DNA of 63,229 nucleotides, counting the filler, from Folioceros fuciformis (lineage: Eukaryota): NCBI GenBank assembly GCA_049999805.1. It is 8 parts of 8 records of this genome, joined end to end, with 100 filler letters (N's around TTAATTAATTAA, not from the genome) between each part and the next. Parts side by side here need not be neighbours in the genome. Positions count along the whole stretch, not along the records: positions 22,166 to 34,815 come from JBNGIO010004031.1; positions 34,916 to 44,684 come from JBNGIO010004032.1; 6 more parts are not named here. One strand, written 5' to 3'. Both the position numbers and the translations under genes were made by a program. Positions within the stretch are counted from its first letter, which is position 1, and each line of letters opens with the position of its first letter. Below, in pieces: positions 23,356 to 37,266 of the stretch. Below the pieces are notes generated by a model. That model saw only the letters and a list, made by a program, of their open reading frames with translations, was not told the DNA's origin and made no database searches.

Positions 23356-24493
23356 CAGAGGTAGGCATGACGACTGAAGCAAGAGATTACTTCAATTGTA
23401 CCACTTGCCATGTGAATAGGATGTCATACACAATAGAGATGTTTAAGCAGAACAATCCATCACTCAAGCATGCCAAGTTTCAAGGAAAGGTGAATGCACA
23501 ATTGCTAAGAAAAGCAAGACCATGGCTAGTCTACTAAGCTTACACACAGGCAACCATTGTCCACTTAGAGGCAATCAATTGGATACACATAGTTGTGGCA
23601 AGTGCCTCATTGTAGTAGTAGGTGGGGAAGACAGAGGAAGGTGACTTAGGGGAAGACAGAGGAAGGTGCCTTAGACCTTACATAGATCAAATGAACAAAG
23701 CCAAGGAAGGAGGGCGGTGTCTTGGACCTTGCATGGATCCAATGAACAAGGAAGAAGGAGGAGGTTGCCTTAAACCTCACATGGATCATATGAACAAGCT
23801 AGGGAAGAAGGAGATGGGTGGCTTGGACCTTGCATGGATCAAATGAGCAGGACTATGTGCACCCAAGCCCTTTACCCAAGCACAAACCTTGTAGCAATTA
23901 TTCCCATCATCAAATGCACAAGACATGCATGGAGTCTTAGCAAAACCCTAACTTGGAAAGTCCAAAGCAACAAAAACAATTATAGCAACACCTACATGAC
24001 AAGATTTGTTCACTAGTAACATTAGACAATTTTGATATCTTTAATTAGTATTATGAATAAGTTATCCCATTTCATAAGACCACTTGTTTTCACAAATATC
24101 CCTTCCTAAGTTACATGTGCAATATATGTATATTATATGAAAAATATTAAAATAACTTGCTCAACCGGAAACTGGTTACGAAGCCGTATTTCGGTCGTAT
24201 TAATATATAATAAACGAGAGATTTGCCACATTCTGGCCTACCCAAATGATATGTGTAGTCTAAGTTGACACCAAGACACTGACGCGAGGGTACGTAAGAC
24301 TGGTTGGGTATAAGACACTATTGCGTTGGGGCAGGTAGGGCTTGCCTTTGACCTAAGTTCATAAGAAGCCCAAGCCCGCCAAAATGTTGAGCCCTGGAGG
24401 CTTGAGTTGTGGAGCCGTGGAGTAGGGGGTAGTGTGTCCGCGATGTAGCCCGGAGCGTGGAACAACAGCGATTTCCTTGGCCAACGGGACACA

Positions 24494-27400
24494 ATGCTGG
24501 AACTGCATCATTATCGGCAGATTGAGTGGAGTCCATCGCCCGTGGTGGCGCTTGCAGCGAGTGTGGATGGCTCCGTCGTTGCTGCTGCAAGGGATAGTGG
24601 AGCTATCGAACTGTGGATTGTTGCCCCGGGCGCTGTAGGATGGCACCGACAATTGGTATGGGATTCTGCCGAGGTTTAGGTTTAGCGTCGGCGCCCCCTG
24701 TTCCTGAACTGTACTTGACCTTGCTGGAATTGTTGGTGAGCTGGCCTGAGTGGGAGGTGAAATGCTCACGTGGCGATTTGTTTGGGTGAGCAGGTGTTTC
24801 CTGGGCAACAAGAGGCGGCGATTTCTTGTTTGGTGTGGTGCCACTCGGAGTCGTGTCGATTAGGACGGTTATTCTCTGCTGGATTGGATGGATTTATTAC
24901 TGAATGGGATCTCACGACCCTGCTGTCGAAGGTCTGGGGTTGGGGTGTTTGTTTATTGCAGGATTCTGGGATTGCGAGTGGGGAGAAAGCGAGCTGAAAT
25001 TATGCGTGGCTTGGTTGTGCAGCATGTCTCCGATTCGCATGGAGGTCCTGTCTGGCAGGTAGCTGCCGAGCCGATCCGAGGTGGATACCACGTGCAAGCT
25101 GCGAGCCGGGTGGAAAGGTCCGGTGATCGTGTCGGGACTGACAGTGATGATGATAGCGATGTTGAGAGCAGCAGTGGGTCTGATGACGACGATGATGTAG
25201 ATGAGGAACTTTTCACGGAACAGAGGGTTGCTGTGGCCTGCGATGATGGTTGTGTGCGCCTCTTCGTTGTTAGAGACGCAGAGAATGGCATGCACTACCA
25301 ACAATCGTTTCCGGGGGTCAAAGGTACCTGAATGATGATTCCTGCGTCCTTGATTATACGTTGCCAGTTGCCTTGTACCTGAAATGTTCTTGTGCAGCTC
25401 GAATACTGTCAGTTGTCTGGAGCGTGGATGCAACAAGGCTTTATGCTGGAAGTTCAGATGGGTATGTGTCCCTTCCTTATGGCGTGCATGAACGCTAACC
25501 TTTTTCAGTAGCTGTTCTGAGATTCTCACAAGGACTTTGAAGCTAATGTGCTCATGACTTTCCAGGTGCATTCGCTGCTGGGATGTTGGAAGCGTACGTG
25601 AGTTGTACAGAATAACAGTTGGTGTTGGAGGTCTTGGGGGCGGTTCAGACATTTGTGTCTGGTCTCTGTTGTTTCTCAGGTGGGTTGACTGTTTTGATAT
25701 AGGTGTACTTCCGGCAGTCTCATGTTTATTTGAATCTGAATCCTGGAAGGGCAGAGCCCGATTTGATGGTAACACAAGCACCATATTAAAATTGCATGCT
25801 GGTCTGTACCAGGGTGTATGAGCATGGTGCTATAGCTTGGTTGCCTACTTCTAAAGTGAACCTGACAGTGCAGATGATTGTCCACGTGACAGTAGGAGCA
25901 ACATATGAATGGCTGATGGTTTCCCAAGCTGATCATTTGTGTTTCTCAATCAAAGCTTTTGATGATTTTTAGTTGTAGTCAGAGGAGCAAGTAGTGATAA
26001 AACCAGTATCCCATTTGTTAGACCGTAGCAGTGCCGTGACTCCTCACACGGTTGAATGCATCCCGTGTTTAGCCTTGGGAACAGCACGTGGATTTTCCCA
26101 GGGCTGTCCCGTTGAGATTGCCAGTGTTTCGTTTTACTGCTTGCGAATGATCTTGCAATCTGCTTGTATGCTGCTCAGGGATGGAACTCTGGTCAGTGGA
26201 GATAGCTCAGGAACCACACAGTTTTGGGATAGCCGTCAAGGAACCCTTTTGCAGGCGTACAAACACCATAAAGCAGATGTTCTTGCCCTGGCTGCTGGTG
26301 CAGAACATCGTGGAGTGTTTGCTGCTGGAGCAGATGGGCAGGTATGGCAAGTGCCTCCCTAATGACAGAGCGCGGTAGTTTTGTATCGCTTGTTTTTGTG
26401 CTACTCATCTTTGATCTGAACAACTGGTCTGGCTACAGATCTCTCTCTACAGGTTTGTGACTTCAAGCACCAGGTCAGCAGGGCAGAGTGGCACACACAT
26501 TCGCGCTGGGGAAAAGTGGATTTTTGCTGGCAGCAAGCGAGCACATACTCATGATGTCAGGGCATTGACAGTGGCGCACCCCTTGGTTGCTGAAGAAGGT
26601 ATGTTGCACAGCCTCATCGATTTCAGAGGTGTACCATGTGTGCTGGTTGCCCATGTCTTTGTTGCCCTTATCTTTGTTGCCTCTGCAGGTGTAACAACAG
26701 AAGCAGAACACAGGAAAAAGTCCCGTAGGCAAAAACCTTCTCAAATCAGGGCTGACTACCAGAAATGGGCAGTTCCGGGGATCCCCATGCTTGTATCTGG
26801 TGGCAATGACTCAAAGCTTTTCACCTACCCTGCCGAGTCATTTTTGAACTTCCATCCTCATGATATCTGCATTGCCCCGGAGAGTCCTTGGTTTCAGGTT
26901 GCACGTGACTCCTCTGGGGCCACATTGATCATGTCTCAGCATGCCTGCCATGTAGACGTGTGGAGAGTGAGTTCAAACTCTGTGATATCTAAGGCTGGCA
27001 ACGGTCATGGGTTGAAGATAGGGGGTAGCCTCCTTGGAAGGTGGAAAAGGGAAGTGGTCCATGGAGTCGAAGAAAATGGGCATTCCTTGACGAATGGAAA
27101 TGCTGCAGGGTCAGGTCTGCCGGAATTGAAAAGATTGAAGGGTGACCCTAGTACTGAATTTGCAGCGGTAAGCATGAGATTTGGTAAAGCTGAAGCTGCG
27201 CCTCCTGAACATCTGGTCAGGATAAAATCCAAGGAAAGAGCCCACATATGTTGCAGTGCAATTTCGGTGGATGGGGCCTTTGTGGCCTTTTCTTGTCTCT
27301 CGAAGACTCGGCTGGTCCATATCCAGCAGAAGCGCAAAGGGGGTGGTAGCTCAAAGGCATGGGAGGTCAAGAAGGTGAAGCTCCCTCAGAATTTGCCAAC

Positions 27401-28528
27401 AGCGCATAAACTGGCCTTCAGCTCTGACTCCTCACGTATGTTAGTTGCTGGGCCGCACGGGTCAATTGTGGTACGGTGACCTTCCGCCTTCTGCCTCTGC
27501 AGCCACAATGGACAGCAGTTGTTTCTTGTTGCTAACCCCTAAAGAGTTTTGACTCATTTCCAGGTGGTGGACGTACAGAGTGCGAAGGTCCTCAGGAAAT
27601 TCGACATGTTTATGGACCAAGTGGATTCCCCAGTGAGCTTGTTATGCACAAGTCTGGATGGACAGTGGCTCGCTGCCGTAACTAGTGTAGGGCATATCTG
27701 TGTCTATAACTTAGAGACTTTGAGGTAAGAGCTTTTTTTGAAGGTTGTCTGTGTGCACTTAGTATGTTGACTTCAGAGTGTTTTGTGACAACGTTTCTGA
27801 TTGTGTGTATCAACTTGCTGCTCTTCCAGGCACCACTGGTCGATTCCTGTATTGGATGGAGCTTGTGTTACTGCTGCTGTATTCCACCCAAAGAGCTGCA
27901 ACGTGCTCGTGGTCGGTACTGCAAGTAACCAACTGCACGTGCTCGACATTGAAGCAAAAATGCTGAGCAATTGGTCAAAGAAATATGGATCACAGCTGCC
28001 CCGAGAATTCTTGGAATTCCCCGGAGGCCTCTCTGGTCTTTCCATGCCTCCATCAGCTGATGCCACATCATTGATTGTTTACAGCCCTAGGTACGGGTAC
28101 CAACCATACCTTGCGGCATGCTGGCTCGATTGCCTTGCCCAAGTTGCAGCGCGAGATTCTTTTTATTAGTCCTTGCCCTAATTTAAGCTGAACTCTGCTG
28201 GCTGCTATGTGGTTCCAGGGCTATGTGTTATGTGGATTTCCTAAAACCTGTTGGTGATGTACGCACTACGGAAGCTTACAAACCCGACGAGGCACGGCCA
28301 TCCAAGATCGGCGTCGAAGCAGGGAATCACATTGTTGTCAACGGTCATGACTCTTCATCGCGGAGGAAAGAAGCCTCTGAGAAGAATTTTGTTATAGCTC
28401 GCTTTGAGGAGCCAGTACTGTTCTTGTGCCATGTTTCAGAGGATTCAGTGTTTGTAGTAGAGAAACCTTGGATAGAAGTACTACACCAGAGACCTGCTCC
28501 CATATTCAGGCATCTGTATGGTACTTGA
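24494..28528 (+). CDS. UTP4: WD40-repeat U3 snoRNA-associated protein 4 (UTP4/cirhin, plant POPCORN-like). Exons 24494-24655, 24794-24931, 25023-25323, 25398-25461, 25566-25679, 26179-26341, 26439-26598, 26689-27470, 27564-27724, 27830-28090, 28219-28528
   Basis: [23 protein letters not shown]...[49 protein letters not shown]....[15 protein letters not shown] introns with consistent phases. Confidence 0.93.
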
Positions 28529-30894
28529 GGTTTGGAATACATATAGAGTGAGTGGAAGCTAAGTCCTGTCCAGTGTTTTCCATCGGTCGCCCACTGCACT
28601 GGTACCCTCATATCCTCCTCTTCGTTCACCAGATCCTATGAGGTATAATGACTTAGGATTGTGCGTTTTCGCACCTGATCCCGCGCGGAATGATGTCTCT
28701 GTAGCCTGCTCTGACCATCTCCGACTGTTGTGCTTCAAAGCAGGACCAGGAACACAAGATCTGTCGGTCTGTACTGGGTCCTCGAATGTTTTTCTTTTTA
28801 GGCAACGATGGTGCGTTTGTTGTTTTGTATGTACATGCACCCGTGACTCGTCAATTGTTATAGCTCGCGACTTGTGAACAGGATGCACTGGTACAACTGC
28901 ACACACGGACATACTAGGCCCCTGCTGCGAGCGTGCCCTGTGGCCTTAACCTGCACACACACTCCACACAACGGCAACGGATCACTGCACGAGGCCACGT
29001 GATGAGTGTCCAATTGCCCGTCCTGCCGGCAACCAGGTACTGTACACAGACCTGCCTTTTACCCATGTTCCTTTCCATGCCATGGCTTAGAATACAAAAG
29101 ACATTCTTCATGGTCCTGGACGCCTTGGATATTGCTTTTGCTTTCCTGGGTCTACGCAGCTCGGGTCATGGTGCCAAGTCTGCGTGGGCCCAGCCTGGGC
29201 GGCCAAACAAGGGAGACGCGACAAGATGGAGAAACGAACCAGGGGAAGCCGGGTTGGTGCCATATTCCAATATTACTACCCGCTGCGACTCGGCCACGCA
29301 GCCCTTTGTCGCAAACACTGGATAGATGGAAGGCATGGAAAAGAGGCCGAGCAATCCGGCTGACAAGGCGCGCCTCCTTCACTGCAACGCGCACCGCAAG
29401 GGTTTGGCCTGTTTCGGGCTGGGCCCGCTTCCTATTCAATTCGAGCTCATCCCGTGCCTCAGATATTTGTGCCGCCTGGACGGAAAGTGGCACATGGGAG
29501 GGAACAACATGGCCTGGGGACTCCATCTGGAACTCCCTGCTACCCATCATTCGACGTACATTTCCTAACCGTCTCAGTTATGTGGGCTTTAATGGCGTTG
29601 TGAAATCCCAATGTCAACGAGCCCCGCCACCCACACCTGTCACCTAACGCTCTCTGGCCCGCAACCACATTAGGCTTGTTGAAGCTCGCTGTACATAATT
29701 CGACGCAGCTGTTGTTTATCGCGGCGAATCATTGACGCTATAAGCCAAGATTTCAGTACACCAGTATGAGCGTGACGAAGTGACGGGACTGACTCAGGTT
29801 TCGACCCCTCGTCAGCTCGCATGTGACCTGCTACTACGGTGTCCTACCGCTTTGCTAACTGTCGAAAGAGTACATTACGTTAGGGTGTAAGCCGCGAATA
29901 TCGTCTGTGTTCAAACACTGACGGCGCATGGCGGGAACTGGGCACGGCACGGGATGGACCGGGCCGGGCTGGGCCGGGCGGGGTCTGGTCGAGTCACGGA
30001 CCAGGGGGGCAGGGGAGTACAGCGACTTCGTTTGCTTCTCTGTCTGGCGCGTTGCCTGGGAACGCGAGCCTGCGACTGCCTTTCTTCCATGCCATTGCTT
30101 GTGCGTTCTGAGCTCTAAGAGAGTCGGGATGACGATGCTCGCCCGTCTTATCTGTGTCACCATCCGAATCCGGCTGGCTGGCCACCATTGGCTGGCGAGG
30201 CGTGTGTGACGCCTGGCCGCCTCTCGGGCAGCATCGCATTGCCTGGACCCTTGGCACGGCCAAGCCAATGCAGGCGGCTAATTCTGTTTCCTGACCGTGG
30301 AGAGGGACAGTGGCGCTCTCCTGGCGTGAAAGCATCCGCTTGCGATTGCGAAATTGTTTTGAGGAAATTCCTTCTCGAGGTTTGGAGAGCAGAGAGATTT
30401 AGCTCGGTGGAATGGTTCCGTGTAGTTTGCAGCGGAAGGGAAAGACGCCATGGTGAGCAATAGCTTGGATTGGAGCTCCGCCAGTGATTGGATGCTGTCA
30501 CGTTTCTGCGGCAGAGCCAGTGGCGCTTTGGAAGCCGCTTGAGGGAGAGTGATTGTTCATCTTTTCGGGACGTGAGTCCGGTGCCCGGGTTTCTGTTCTG
30601 CGGTTGATTGTAGCTTAGACGGTGTGGACGAGGGATGGGACACCGTGCGCGTTCATCCGGCAGGCGCGCTTTCTGCGCCCCTAGGAGCGACAGAAGGAGA
30701 TCGAGGTCGCCGGATTGGCAGGTTTGTGAGAACAGATCTGGTTGATTCCTCCCGTGCGCGGGAGGGCTGGGATGGTGCGTCTGTTGGGTGATGGTGTTGA
30801 TCAAGAATTGTTGTGGTTTGTGTGTGTGCTTGAGGATCAGTTTGAGTGCAGGAGGGAGAATCCGGAGTTGGACTCTTTCGAGTCGTTTTTCAGG

Positions 30895-32286
30895 ATGAGG
30901 CCCTCAGACGCAAGGGTGCATGCTATGGGATCTCCTTTTCGAGACGGAGACTACGGAGGCGTGAAAATGTCCCCGAGTGAGAAGGCTTATCTTCCGCGGA
31001 GGCGGTCGGGAAGGCGGACTCACAACGTGGACTCGCCTGAGAGGGACAGCTACACGCTAGCGGACCTCTTCTGCCAGTGGGATGAAATGAATGACGCATT
31101 CCACACCTGCAAGAGCGGGCGTCCCAAGGGCCCTTGGAATGCGCTTTTTTCCAGTCTTTTCAGCTGCGTCTCCAGCCCGCGCTCTTCTGCCAATCGTGCC
31201 TTTACGGATAAGCGAGCCAGGGAGCTGATGGAACTTAGTAGGCGGCAGGAATCGGCGCTGGCTGAGAAGCAAGATACCATTGATCTTCTGGAGTGGAAGC
31301 TTCAGCAGCTGCAACTCTTCGGGCAGGACAGTGCGAGGTGGCTGTCGGCCATGTCCAAGCGGTTTGGTGTCGGCCGGGATCGCGAGACCCCCGCCCCCAA
31401 ATTGTCTGAGAAGGGACGCTTCGAAAGCTACCTTGCGGGAGTGAACCTGATGGACAACGATGTGCTGGCGGTGTTGGTGTTGCTCGATACCGCTGTGGTG
31501 CGCACAAGGATTGCTGTTCGATGCTTCTGCCGCATCTTCATGAAACAGATGGAGCTGTCCGGGTAATCAAATTAGTCGTATGTCCTGCTCTGTCTGTGCT
31601 CTTTACGTGCGGTTGATGAACCCGGAGATTCTTTCTTACCAGCCTTGATCGTCACTTGAGTCCTCAGATATGCAGTTTGGAAGGCTTTGTCTGACATGGA
31701 ACCAAGGGCGAATTTTGCGCGGAAGGAGCATGCGGCTTTTGTGCTGGAATCACACATCAACAAGGCCCTGTACCACTCCTTTGAAAGCGAGAGCTTTGAT
31801 GAAGCCGGAATTACGAAGTTCATGGACCCAGACCAGCGATGTGCGGTTCGGTTGGAAGAATACGAGACTTTGAAGCTAGTGGATGCTGTCGACGCTGTGA
31901 ACAGGAAACACAGACTGTTCGATTCCGAATTCTTTCGGTTCTGCGACACCAAGATGCGGGAGATGTGGTTCTTGTTTCCATGGAACATAGTGTTCCATAC
32001 TCCTGAGCAGAGGGCCGTCTTTACTGGTTCGTTTCTGGATGCAGCCAAGAATGTGTGGCTTCTTCACAGGCTGGCCCACTCCTTGAATCCTGTTTGCACT
32101 ATTTTGAGAGTGGGCCGAGGCTCACCCTTTGACGCGAGGTACGTTGAGGTGGTGGCCATCCCGCCTTATGAGACCTGTAGGAAATGCGTCAAGCCCAAGG
32201 TGGAGTTCATGACCATGCCAGGATTCAGGGCTCATCACAGGGTCACTAAATGTCAGGTCTACCTGCACTTCTCATGTACCAGATAG
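30895..32286 (+). CDS. IRK-interacting protein / GIL1-like (DUF641-related) coiled-coil protein; exons 30895-31562 and 31668-32286
   Basis: FCDTKM...FLDAAKNVWLLHRLAHSLNP..TILRV.RG..FD..Y.E...KVEFMTMPGF.....KCQVYL; phase-2 GT-AG intron; start codon uncertain. Confidence 0.85.
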
Positions 32287-32787
32287 CCTCTGGCAGTTCC
32301 ATATGAGTCTGCCACTGTCGTGGACGACAGTTGACGGTAAGGCGAGTTTTGGGCCTGTGAAGTTCATGGGATGATGCGCAAGGCATTAGTCAAGCTGATT
32401 CATTTATCCGGGATCTGTTTGTTTCTCAGGAGGACCTAAGAGCGCCTGAGGGTAGACGAGTTTTCCCTCCACGAAGCTATGGCCTACACTCCCCGATCTC
32501 CCCCCTCGGGACAGTACGGTTCTGAAGAGTTCTTTTGATTGTAAGTAGGTAGCTACCGGAGGACTATGAGCAGCATGTACAGTACACGATCTTGTATTTG
32601 TGGCGCTTATTCCCAATCCCAGAATCGACGTTCGTGTAACCACCCTAATTCAGGATTTGTGCCTTGTGGCCACTTATGCCCAGTTTCTTAGTTACGAATG
32701 GGGACTTCATTAATGAACGTGCTATTTTCTGGATTGAGATTAGTTTGTTTATGCACACATTTTTATCCTCAAGTCCAGTAACACCCC

Positions 32788-33240
32788 TTCTAGGAGGACT
32801 CGCAGCCAGCAGCTAGCAGCCCGCCCTCCTCTTCTAGGAGGACTCGCAGCCAGCAGCTAGCAGCCCGCCCTCCTCTTCTAGGAGGACTCGCAGCCAGCAG
32901 CTAGCAGCCCGCCCTCCTCTTCTAGGAGGACTCGCAGCCAGCAGCTAGCAGCCCGCCCTCCTCTNNNNNNNNNNNNNNNNNNNNNNNNNNNNNNNNNNNN
33001 NNNNNNNNNNNNNNNNNNNNNNNNNNNNNNNNNNNNNNNNNNNNNNNNNNNNNNNNNNNNNNNNGCCCGCCCTCCTCTTTTAGGAGGACTCGCAGCCAGC
33101 AGCTAGCAGCCAGCAGCTAGCAGCCCGCCCTCCTCTTTTAGGAGGACTCGCAGCCAGCAGCTAGCAGCCCGCCCTCCTCTTCTAGGAGGACTCGCAGCCA
33201 GCAGCTAGCAGCCCGCCCTCCTCTAGGATGACTCGGAGCC
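32788..33240. repeat. Tandem repeat, 44-bp unit TTCTAGGAGGACTCGCAGCCAGCAGCTAGCAGCCCGCCCTCCTC, at least 7 copies around a gap
   Basis: Period 44 visible (32791, 32835, 32879, 32923); array collapsed at the N gap. Confidence 0.95.
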
Positions 33241-34915
33241 AACACCCTTGCCGCTGCTCTTTATTGAAGACTTGTACTGTTGACCTAGAAGAACTAAACC
33301 AGGGAATTTCAAATCACTTCATTGAATGCAAGCTTTTAAATTAGTCTTAGCTTCTTGGCACCCTTCATAAGTATACCCTTATAGGATAGAGACACCTTTA
33401 TTCCTCTTTGTCATGGGGACCCACGGGCTTTATGTAAGGTATTTTCTAAGTTTTCTAAGTTTTGGAAGTCTTATACCAAGGTGGTTCACAACACGAAAAA
33501 AGGGCTTAGTCTTCCTCTTTCATATATTGTAGTATTATTGTAGTGTTTTATCAGTAGAGTTTTTTCAGTAAATCAGTAGAGTTTTTTCAGTAAAGGGTTT
33601 CCATTGCTCTACAACATGCATTGGCTAATGCATGCAGGATGATAACAAGAAGGGCGGAGACCCTAAACCCTGTCTCTTCTCGGACCATGATGTTTGAGGT
33701 GTTATTGGTAGTTATTAGGCTATAGAGGGTTAGCCCCTAATGTCCCTATCATGGTTTATCTCTCTCTAGGTGTAGATGGGTTTTTCCATCTTGATTCTAT
33801 AAAATAAACAAAAAAAAAACGTCTTGACACCAAATTGTCCAAAAATTAACTATTCTTCTGTATTTGTTGGCACTCCAGTACTAGTATCAACCCTCCTACA
33901 AAAACAAACAAAGGGAATTTAGGATGGAAGAACAATCATAATTTGTAAGGACAGCATAATAAAATTCATATTGTTAAGTTATCAATCTTGTGACCAATAG
34001 TCATAAGGTCATGTTAGAATTGTTTTGTGCCTATTATGGGCATTGGAGTTGAATGCTTAGAATGAGAGATTAGCAACCGTTCAATATATTTAAATATTTT
34101 TAAGTTTTGTTATCCAATTTCTAAATAGGATCTGCCCCTAATGGGTGGATACTTCGAAGCTTAGTCGATCCTATTTTCAATTTAATATCCCCAACTGCTT
34201 TTCTACAAACTATCCTTTTTTTCAAAATGATGGTGTTGTAGGCATGTGTTACTACAATTCTCTTCATAAATAATGCACTAAAGAGAATACATATTTGATA
34301 ACAATTTAATTCATATAGACCAATTACACATTCTGTCACTTAAAGTCCCTCACTATGCATTGATATGACGGGGCATCTTACAAGAAACATTGGCATAGCA
34401 ACATTTGTAGGAATGCAAGGTGGGTAGGAAGCTGAAACCAACTGCCACAAGCACGTTGTTCCATCTAGAAAAGGGTATGGCAAAGAACACCAAGAGCATT
34501 AGGAGCCAAGGAGCCATGTGCAGATGGTGGTCACTTGAGAAATAGACAATTTTCTAGCCACCCGCTTCTATTTCTATAGTGACTAGGATGCACGCTTATG
34601 GAGCGGGAGAACAGATTTCAACTAAACCCATTATAGTAAAATAAGATCCATGCCTTCTCACTTTAATTAGATGGTGTTCCATACCCTCTACATTCAACTT
34701 GTCCTTTGAAAACATAACAATGACATTACACCCAATGGTCATAAACTTCATATGATAGCACATCAAGCATCATCATTTTGTTATTGGGGGAATAGATGAT
34801 TTTCCAGCCACTCGCNNNNNNNNNNNNNNNNNNNNNNNNNNNNNNNNNNNNNNNNNNNNTTAATTAATTAANNNNNNNNNNNNNNNNNNNNNNNNNNNNN
34901 NNNNNNNNNNNNNNN

Positions 34916-35900
34916 CTTTGTCTATTAGTAAGAGGAGGAGCATGGATACTTTGGTAGGGAGGAGGGATAAAACAGAATGTGGTGGTTTGTGGACCCGTGT
35001 GAGTGCCATCCATACCCTTTCACGCAAGGGGTGAATGAAGAAGGTGCAAAGCGGAGCACGGAAGCTTTGTGGNNNNNNNNNNCCCACATGTGGCAGCTCA
35101 CAAAGGTGAGATATGCAGAAGGAAAGGAAGCAGCATGGCTATGCATTGACTGCATGACAAGGAGAAAGGCAGCGGTACTTCTTGTTCAGCGATGACGTGA
35201 ATGTGCAAGCTTAAGGTTTGGTATAGGTTTTACGGTGGTGAGCGATTGTGTCTAGAAGTGTAGGTCTGTAAAAGGAGAGGGTTGCTTGGTGAACGTTCGT
35301 AAGCTGAGACAGTAGGCTGTAGGAAATAATGCTGGCTGTGGTCAGACTTTGAATTGCCATAGAGAGTTGCAGCCAGATTTGGGACTCGCATCACAAACCT
35401 GCATCTAAGGATGAAGGGCAGTGCAAGGTTTTCATCCAGCCGTGGACCGTTGTGCATTTGGAGCACGGCTGTGAAATTGGGCCACCAGCACAGCTTTCAG
35501 CCGTAGGGGCTGTGTACTAGTAAAAACAGGAGCATGGACACTTGCGTAGGAAGGGATCAAAGAAAATGTGGTGGTTTGTGCACCCGTGTGAGTGCCATCC
35601 ATACCCTTTGACACAAGGGGGTGAATGAAGAAGGTGCAAAGCGGAGCACGGAAGCCTTGTGGTTGAGGTTGATCTTTTGAAGCGACTGGGAGATACATGG
35701 AGCTATGCCAACGACAGTGGTGGGATTGGGTGGGGAAACCTTAGTCAACAACCTACAACTGGCTCATAAGGTGCCAGTGGATGACGATGATGTGAATGTG
35801 GATGCAGGCTGGGCAGGTCTGAAGGAGGTTCTCAAACCCCTTGAAGGCGAAGGCCGCATGTGGGAGCTGTTTCAGCTCACACAAGAGAGATACGCAGAAG
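34916..35900 (+). pseudogene. Duplicated 3'-end fragments of a TORNADO1-like gene interleaved with a repeated non-coding module
   Basis: 35088-35195 and 35699-35900 match 38670-38945 (WELFQLTQERYAEG, KEAAWLCIDC); a further copy lies at 39497-39690. Confidence 0.8.
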
Positions 35901-37266
35901 GTTGCACCTGCAATTGCTTCTCGAGCGAAGGGGCTCTGGGGAAGAACTCGGAAATGACGCTTTCCTCACCGTCTGCACTATCACTGGAGTCGCTGGTACG
36001 CGGTTGGTGAAGGCGAAGCCGGAAGCTTTTGGGTTGCCCCACAAGAATGGTGCCGAAACTTCCTTTGGGTGGTGCTTTCCCGATCGAAGCAACCGACAAA
36101 AGGACTCCTGCAGGATTTAGAATTTGAGAGCCCACCGGAGCTACTACAGCAATTCGGCCCCCCTGCCTTGGGGAAAGACAGTGCCCCATGATCTTTCACT
36201 CGGCAAGCTTACTGTTTTTCCCTTAGTTCAACGTTCTGTACAGCTCTGGTTATAGCAGAGAACGGGTGCGTTGAGATTGTCAGCTTCTGTAGGGTGGCAA
36301 GGTCCAGCCAGGTAGTCAGTGTTCTGACGGTTCACTCCTTGGATGGACCGGTGATGGCAGTTGTTTCTTGTACATCACATGGGTGATGGATCCAGTCTGG
36401 ATGGCGCCTTTTGAGTCTGGATTGACACAGCATCTCAGAGGGGGTCTGCGGGCAGCCGATTACTGTAGCTGTGTGAGGCCTCCTCTGATTCACATACATG
36501 CGATGCCCGCTATGGCGCTGCCGGTACCTTTGAACCTACTTCAATTTCCAGGTGTCTTTCACTGTGCCTTTTTCTACTCATCACCTTCATCATCTCCGAG
36601 TGAGGCATAGTAGCGTATCTGGTCAGTGTGCGCCACTTGTTCAGGTCTGAGGAGGTGAAATGCAACCATGACATCGAGCCTGGAGCATCTCAGAAAACCT
36701 AAAACAACCATGCCAAAATGACAAGGAGAAGAGGAGGTCATCCAGGCATAAAAACCAACGACAGACACGACATTGCGCCAGCCGAAAGAAGAAAAACTGT
36801 GAACACCGAAACGGCCAGGCGGACAATCTTTGGCAGCATCGCACGACCCCATGAAGACTCCCCAGGCCACACTTCCCTGCAAGCCTACAATTCGCTGGTC
36901 CACATTCCCAACTTCACAACCGCTGCTACAACCCGGACGTCAGTCAGCTGACGCCATGGCCACCTCCTCTCCCGGTCCCTCAAGCGCAACAGCACAATTG
37001 TAAACTGCGCCACGGTGCAATCGACCAAATTCTCTTCTCTACACAAGCGTGACAAGACTCAATCAAGAAGCACCGCATTGCAGACAACGAAGAACAGGCG
37101 TAATCAAGGCCGTGACAGCTGGACATGAGCACCAAACCCGCCGTGAAATCAACAAACACGAGAGGGCAAAGAGCAGGACCGACCATGCCGATGCACACGA
37201 ATCCATCCACAGCGCGCGAGGTGCAAGGCATATCCCAGGCATCCAGGGTGCGCGGCCGCTCCAACA

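Noticed and set aside
29780-29820. tRNA or SINE B-box-like GGTTTCGACCCC
   Set aside because: No A-box or cloverleaf could be built
28900-30800. Several overlapping 100-215 aa ORFs
   Set aside because: No recognisable motifs; expected by chance in GC-rich intergenic or 5' UTR sequence
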